Below the pieces are notes generated by a model. The model ran no database searches and had not been told where the DNA came from. It saw nothing but the letters and a program-made list of their open reading frames with translations. The position numbers and the translations under genes were made by a program. Positions 58,695-64,000 of a stretch of 64,000 bases of DNA are shown here, piece after piece. The first letter of the stretch is position 1, and every line of letters begins with the position of its first letter. The stretch is from Candidatus Oxydemutator sp. (GTDB lineage Bacteria; Pseudomonadota; Gammaproteobacteria; Poriferisulfidales; Oxydemutatoraceae), in NCBI GenBank assembly GCA_965203445.1, contig OZ241883.1, positions 128,001-192,000 on the forward strand. Reading direction: 5' to 3'.

Positions 58695-59636
58695 ATGGAA
58701 ACCATCACCTACCTGGTCGCCAATTACAACAACGCCCGCTACGTCGAGGACTGCCTGGTGTCGTTGAAAAACCAGACCTGCGACCGCTGGAGGTGCATCG
58801 TCTGCGACGACCACAGCACCGACGACTCGGTCGTGATCATCAAAAGACACCCGGACTCCAGGATTCGTTTGCTGGAGAACTCGAAAAACGTCGGCTATAT
58901 CGGGACCCTGAAAAGGATGATAGCGGCCGCGCCGAGCGATATCGTCGGCATTCTGGACTCCGACGACGCCTTGGAAAAAGACGCCACCGCGCACGTGCTG
59001 CAAGCGTACGCCGACGACAAAAACACAAGTTTTGTGTTCACGAGATTCGCGTACATGGATGAAAACCTGCGATGTCAACTGGGCGTTTCCGGCGTCCCCG
59101 GCAGCAGGGCCGGCGGACATTCGGAACTGCTGTTGACCTGCGGCAACGTCAGCGCCTTGAGAAGCTTCAGAAAGTCACTTTATTACCGCACCGAGGGACT
59201 CGATGAGAGCATGCTCTACGCGGAGGACAGAGACCTGATCTATAAGCTGGAAGAAAAAACCCGCCCGGTTTTCATTGACGAAGTCCTGTACAAATGGCGC
59301 GTAATCGGCGATTCGCAATCTAACGACCCCGTAAAGAACAGAATCGGCAGGCACAATCACCGCAGGGCGAGAAAAAACTCGCTATGCAGGAGACAAATCC
59401 GGGGTGCACAATATTTTCTTTTGCGCGCCTACCTGAGACTGATCGCACATTCCCCCACCTCCCCCAAGGGGGAGCGATGGCCGAAGCGCCTATGCAGAAC
59501 CGTGATCAGGGCCGCGCAAAACGGACTTGCACGGCGCATTACGCCCTTGGGCACTCACGCGGCCGCTGATCAGGCCACAACCGGGAAAATGCCGGCTGGC
59601 TGCGGCGACGCCAAACACGCCCCGCGCCGTCTCTGA
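58695..59636 (+). CDS. GT2 family glycosyltransferase, paralog 3
   Basis: N-terminal half nearly identical to paralogs 1 and 2; divergent C-terminus. Confidence 0.9.
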   Translation: METITYLVANYNNARYVEDCLVSLKNQTCDRWRCIVCDDHSTDDSVVIIKRHPDSRIRLLENSKNVGYIGTLKRMIAAAPSDIVGILDSDDALEKDATAHVLQAYADDKNTSFVFTRFAYMDENLRCQLGVSGVPGSRAGGHSELLLTCGNVSALRSFRKSLYYRTEGLDESMLYAEDRDLIYKLEEKTRPVFIDEVLYKWRVIGDSQSNDPVKNRIGRHNHRRARKNSLCRRQIRGAQYFLLRAYLRLIAHSPTSPKGERWPKRLCRTVIRAAQNGLARRITPLGTHAAADQATTGKMPAGCGDAKHAPRRL

Positions 59637-59643
59637 ACGGCCG

Positions 59644-60813
59644 CTATACCATCAGGTCGCTTTCCGCGGGCAGGGAGACTCCGCGCAGGTCCCGCGCAAT
59701 CGCCCGTGCTTTCAAATAGGGCAGCAATAAATCGAACAAGAATTGAGACCGAAACTTATAGCGGGCGCCGACAAAGGGCAGGACAAATTTTCCTAGAAAC
59801 GGCCTCATCCAATGATATTCGAGTACGTGCCTTAAGGTTGCCCGCCGCGGGATTTGCAACACGCGAACGTCGGGAAGAAGCCGGCTGTCCCGACCGCCGA
59901 ACAAGGCGACGAATTCCTCAAACGAGACAACCTCGAGATCGCGCTCGAAGGCGGCGACGTAACCGTGCCACTTCTCGCCGCCGCACGATGGCCCTGCATC
60001 CCGGCTGAGACCGTAGTACCCTTCCTTCACTATCGAATCGTCGGTCTGGTAGCGTCGCAGCCACTGGTGCAACCCGTAGTGCCGTTGCAGACATTTCAGA
60101 TGCCAGAATCCGAAACCAGCGTCTACGTGCCGACACCGCGGCAGGTGCAGCACTTCATATCGGTCGGTATGGACAAAGTACGTGTCCCGTGACACCGGGA
60201 AAAACATCAGGTCACCGCCGCCGCAGACCGGGTAGCGCAGGTACACGCCGAGGCTGCCCGCGCGCGAACGCGCCAGATTGACGCCCAAGACGTGCACGAC
60301 GCCGTCGTCGGCGCGACCGCTGCGCACGAAATCGGCAATTTTCGCAAAACGCGAAAAATACAAGTGGTCAGCGTCGTGCTTGATGACAAAGCGCCGCGTA
60401 GTCCTCGCCAGCGCGTAGTTGCACAGCGCCGCGATCGTGTGCGGCGATTCGGCACCCTGCGCCGCGTGCTCCCTGGTGTTCGGCGGAAAAACCTCGTGCG
60501 GGTACTCGTACACCTTGAACCGATCCGGGTACGCGGCCGCGTATTCATGCAGAATTTGCGGCGTGTCGTCGCTGCATTGGTGATGCACGGCGACGATCTC
60601 GTCGAACACGTCGATGCACGAATCCAGGCCGATACGCAGAAACTGCGCGCCGTCGCGCACCCGCAGCATCGCGCTGATACCGTCGGCGCGCTTGTCGCTC
60701 ACGATACGTGGGGGGCGGCCGCCGGCGGCGCGGGCGTCAGGCGCGTACGGTTCATGGATGCGTTTATGGGTTTCCGTCGCCGCCTGCAGCGGCATTGTCG
60801 GAACGGGCGACAT
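59644..60813 (-). CDS. GT-A fold glycosyltransferase
   Basis: GISAMLRVRD, DEIVAV..CSDDT and KHDADH (DxD) motifs. Confidence 0.72.
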   Translation of the reverse strand: MSPVPTMPLQAATETHKRIHEPYAPDARAAGGRPPRIVSDKRADGISAMLRVRDGAQFLRIGLDSCIDVFDEIVAVHHQCSDDTPQILHEYAAAYPDRFKVYEYPHEVFPPNTREHAAQGAESPHTIAALCNYALARTTRRFVIKHDADHLYFSRFAKIADFVRSGRADDGVVHVLGVNLARSRAGSLGVYLRYPVCGGGDLMFFPVSRDTYFVHTDRYEVLHLPRCRHVDAGFGFWHLKCLQRHYGLHQWLRRYQTDDSIVKEGYYGLSRDAGPSCGGEKWHGYVAAFERDLEVVSFEEFVALFGGRDSRLLPDVRVLQIPRRATLRHVLEYHWMRPFLGKFVLPFVGARYKFRSQFLFDLLLPYLKARAIARDLRGVSLPAESDLMV

Positions 60814-60895
60814 TATAACAGTGGGAAAACCCCGCCAATCCGTTTACAGGAAAACTTGTATAATTCCCTTCCCTTTTTATCCACCCTTCGGAGCG

Positions 60896-62233
60896 GTGAG
60901 CAACGAAGCCACAGTCGAGAATCTGACCGAGTTCCTGCAGGACGGAGCGACGCTGCACGTGCGGGAGACCCTGGGCGGCATGCACCCCGCGGAAATCGCC
61001 GATCTATTGGAAGCGCTGCCGATTCCGCAACGCCACGTCGTCTGGGAACTGACCGATACACGACGGGAAGGCGAGGTGCTGGTGCACGCCAGCGACGAGG
61101 TGCGCGCCAACCTGATCGAAATGACGAACGACCACGACCTGGTACTGGCGACCGCGGGACTGGACATAGACGACCTCGCCGATCTGATGCGGGATCTGCC
61201 CGATACGGTCACCGACCGCGCCCTGGCCGGCATGGACCGGCAGCACCGCAGACGCCTCGAGCGGGTACTCGCGTACGACGAAAATACCGCCGGCGGCCTG
61301 ATGAACACCGACGTCGTCACGGTGCGCGGCAACGTGACGCTCGACGTCGTGCTGCGCTATCTGAGAATGCGCCGCAAGGTCCCGAAGCAGACCGACAAAC
61401 TGATCGTCGTGGATTACTCGAACCGCTACCTGGGCACCCTGCCGCTCGCCAGACTGGTGACGAAGGAGCCGCGAACCCGCGTCGCCGAAGTGATGGAGAC
61501 CGACACCAGGCCGATACCGGTCGCGACGCCGGCGTCGGAGGTCGCGACCCTGTTCGAGAACCGCGACCTGGTGTCGGCGGCGGTCGTGGACGAGGACGGA
61601 AAACTGCTCGGGCGCATCACCGTGGACGACGTCGTCGACGTCATCCGCGACGAGGCGCACAAGGAACGCAAGGGTTTCACCGGCATGTCGGGCGAGGAGG
61701 ATCTGTTCGCGCCGGTGTTCGCGTCGGCGAAGAGACGCGCCGTGTGGCTAGGCGTGAACCTGGCGACGGCCTTCCTGGCGGCGTGGTTTGTGAGTCTTTT
61801 TCAGGACACGCTGGAGAAGGTCATAGTGCTCGCGATACTCGTACCGATCGTCGCCAGCATGGGCGGAATCGCCGGCGGTCAGACGCTGATCGTCGTCATT
61901 CGCGGCCTTGCCACCGGCCACGTCGTCGGCGGCAACTCGCCGCTGCTGCTGGTCAAGGAACTGCTCGTCGGGCTGCTGAACGGCCTGTTCTGGGCGGCCA
62001 TCGTCGCGCTGTTGACCGTGTTCTGGTTCGAGGATCTGAGAATCGGCGGCATCATCGGCGTGGCCATGGTCGCCAACCTGCTGTGCGCGGCGCTGGCCGG
62101 CGTCTCGATCCCGATCTTCTTAAAGAAACTCGGCATAGACCCGGCGCTGGCCGGCGGCGTCGCACTGACGACGGTCACCGACGTCATCGGCATCATCGCT
62201 TTTCTCGGCCTGGCGACGCTGTTGCTATTGTAG
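60896..62233 (+). CDS. mgtE: magnesium transporter MgtE
   Basis: HPAEIADLLE, TAGGLM, CBS pair, GRITVDDV, MGGIAGGQ and DPALAGG..TTVTD motifs; start approximate. Confidence 0.96.
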   Translation: MSNEATVENLTEFLQDGATLHVRETLGGMHPAEIADLLEALPIPQRHVVWELTDTRREGEVLVHASDEVRANLIEMTNDHDLVLATAGLDIDDLADLMRDLPDTVTDRALAGMDRQHRRRLERVLAYDENTAGGLMNTDVVTVRGNVTLDVVLRYLRMRRKVPKQTDKLIVVDYSNRYLGTLPLARLVTKEPRTRVAEVMETDTRPIPVATPASEVATLFENRDLVSAAVVDEDGKLLGRITVDDVVDVIRDEAHKERKGFTGMSGEEDLFAPVFASAKRRAVWLGVNLATAFLAAWFVSLFQDTLEKVIVLAILVPIVASMGGIAGGQTLIVVIRGLATGHVVGGNSPLLLVKELLVGLLNGLFWAAIVALLTVFWFEDLRIGGIIGVAMVANLLCAALAGVSIPIFLKKLGIDPALAGGVALTTVTDVIGIIAFLGLATLLLL

Positions 62234-62348
62234 GCGGGATGAAGACCGGCGACGCCGTCGCGGTTGGTGGCGGCGCTGCCGCCCGATTTCTTGACCGGAT
62301 TCCGCTTTCGCGGGGACGACGCGCGCGGGAGGCGGGGAGCCGGTGCGG

Positions 62349-63374
62349 TTATGCGGCTTCCATCGCGGCGTCGTAGGCGCCGTCCGACGCCGCGCCGTTC
62401 AGGCGGGCGCGTTTGCAAATTGCCTCCTGCGCCTGCGTCGCGCGCGACGCATCTCCGCCCCACACCGTCAGCGCGCGCTGCTGCAGGGCGCGCCCGTAGG
62501 AAAAAGTAATCCGCCACGGCGCGCCCTCGGCGGCGGCGAGCCGGTTGATCGCATCGAGGTTCGCGGTCGCTTCCTCGTCGCCCTGGCCGCCCGACAAAAA
62601 CGCGACGCCGGGCACCGCCGCCGGCACCGTGCGCTTCAGGCAGCGCAACGTCATCTCGGCGACGCGCGCGCAACCGGCCTGCAGCGGGCACTCGGAGCCG
62701 GAAACCACCATGTTCGGCTTCAGCACGATGCCCTCGAGCACGACGCCGCGCGCCGCCAGTTCGGCGAACACCGCGCGCTGGACAAATTCGGTCGCCTCGA
62801 AACAGCGCTCGATAGAGTGGCCGCCGTCCATCAGCACCTCCGGTTCGACGATCGGCACCAGGTCTTGCTCCTGGCACAACGCCGCGTAGGCCGCCAACGC
62901 CTGCGCGTTGGCGCGCGCGCACGTCGCGGACGGCAGCCGCTCGGCGACGGCGATGACCGCGCGCCACTTGGCGAAACGCGCGCCGAGGCCGGCGTATTCG
63001 GCGAGGCGCTCGCGCAAACCGTCCAGACCCTCGGTCACCTTCTCTCCGGCACAACCGGCGAGCGGCTTCGCGCCCTTGTCCACCTTGATACCGGGAATGA
63101 TGCCGGCGGCCTCGAGATGCCCGGCAAAAGCGGCGCCGCCGTCGGTGCGCTGGCGTATCGTCTCATCGAACAAAATCGCCGCCGAGACGTGGCGCCCGAG
63201 ACCGGGGGCGGTGACCAGCATCTGCCGGTAGCAGCGGCGGCTGTCGGCGTTCGCCTCGACGCCGATCCGGTCGAAGCGCTTCTTGCAGGTCGGGTGGCTC
63301 TCGTCCATCGCGAGAATGCCCTTGCCGGCGGCCACCATCGCGCGCGCCGTCGTTTGCAGTTTGTCCATGTTCAT
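62349..63374 (-). CDS. class I fructose-bisphosphate aldolase (eukaryote-type family)
   Basis: GILAMDES, FAKWR, PIVEPEV, LKPNMV, FLSGGQ and SYGRALQ motifs. Confidence 0.93.
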   Translation of the reverse strand: MNMDKLQTTARAMVAAGKGILAMDESHPTCKKRFDRIGVEANADSRRCYRQMLVTAPGLGRHVSAAILFDETIRQRTDGGAAFAGHLEAAGIIPGIKVDKGAKPLAGCAGEKVTEGLDGLRERLAEYAGLGARFAKWRAVIAVAERLPSATCARANAQALAAYAALCQEQDLVPIVEPEVLMDGGHSIERCFEATEFVQRAVFAELAARGVVLEGIVLKPNMVVSGSECPLQAGCARVAEMTLRCLKRTVPAAVPGVAFLSGGQGDEEATANLDAINRLAAAEGAPWRITFSYGRALQQRALTVWGGDASRATQAQEAICKRARLNGAASDGAYDAAMEAA

Positions 63375-63462
63375 GGGAAGTCCGTGGTCGTGCTCGCTTT
63401 TGCGGTGCGTGTAGTGTAAAGTATATAACTCCCGCAGTGAACGACTCGCTACAGTCAATCCG

Positions 63463-64000
63463 CTACGACACCGTAATGATCTTCATCGTGTTGGTGCCGC
63501 CGTGCAGGCCGACGGTCTCGCCGCGCGTCATGATGACGCGGTCGCCGTCGGCGACCGCGCGACGGCCGCGCAACGCGCCGATGACCTCGTCCCTGACGTG
63601 GCGCCCCGGGTCGCGCTCCACGAGCACCGGATAGACGCCGCGGTACAAGGTCACCTTGCGGCAGGTCTCAAGGTGCGGCGTCACCGCGTAGATCGGCGTG
63701 GCCGAGTCGAAGCGCGACATCCACAGCGCGGTCGCGCCCGATTCGGTCAGCGCCGCGATCACCGCGACGTCCATCTGCGTCGTCGCGTATATCGTCGAAA
63801 GCGCTATCGCCTTGTCGAAGCGCTCGACCTTCCGCCCCGGCGCGCCCGGGTCGAGCGCGCGGTACTCCTCGCCGCGCTCGGCGCCCTGGCAGATGCGGCT
63901 CATGGTCGCGACGGCGCGCGCCGGATGGCGCCCGATCGCCGATTCCGCCGACAGCATCAGCGCGTCGGAGCCGTCGAGCACGGCGTTGGCGACGTCGGAG
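63463..64000 (-). CDS. pyk: pyruvate kinase, C-terminal part (runs off window)
   Basis: [27 protein letters not shown] and GGTNTMKI motifs. Confidence 0.95.
   Translation of the reverse strand, partial: SDVANAVLDGSDALMLSAESAIGRHPARAVATMSRICQGAERGEEYRALDPGAPGRKVERFDKAIALSTIYATTQMDVAVIAALTESGATALWMSRFDSATPIYAVTPHLETCRKVTLYRGVYPVLVERDPGRHVRDEVIGALRGRRAVADGDRVIMTRGETVGLHGGTNTMKIITVS

Noticed and set aside
56884-59636. GT2 repeats as a diversity-generating retroelement TR/VR
   Set aside because: No reverse transcriptase in the window, differences are not adenine-specific, and all three copies are full genes.

Overview
High-GC bacterial chromosome segment, most likely a gammaproteobacterium (rne-rluC-maf-yceD-rpmF-plsX, uvrC-pgsA-tRNA Gly/Cys/Leu and rpoN-hpf-ptsN-hprK-rapZ gene orders). 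The LRR/Calx-beta protein, Sel1 protein, sulfotransferase, CCDC90-like paralogs and very large CRISPR array suggest a marine invertebrate (e.g. sponge) symbiont; this is inference. Bases 1-15.3 kb hold a type I-E CRISPR-Cas operon and an array of about 150 repeats. Its spacers include pairs that hit synonymous variants of the same target genes. The rest is mostly housekeeping genes, interrupted by IS481-family remnants, a type II RM pair, a truncated PIN pair, a secreted metalloprotease-LRR protein and three tandem GT2 paralogs. The most striking element is at 46463-47774: an intact tnpB RNA-guided nuclease gene with no transposase, bounded by 24-bp terminal inverted repeats and an exact 8-bp target-site duplication. 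These ends look like the IS1595 family (DDE type), not IS200/IS605 or IS607. Its predicted omegaRNA terminal hairpin uses the right TIR as one arm.
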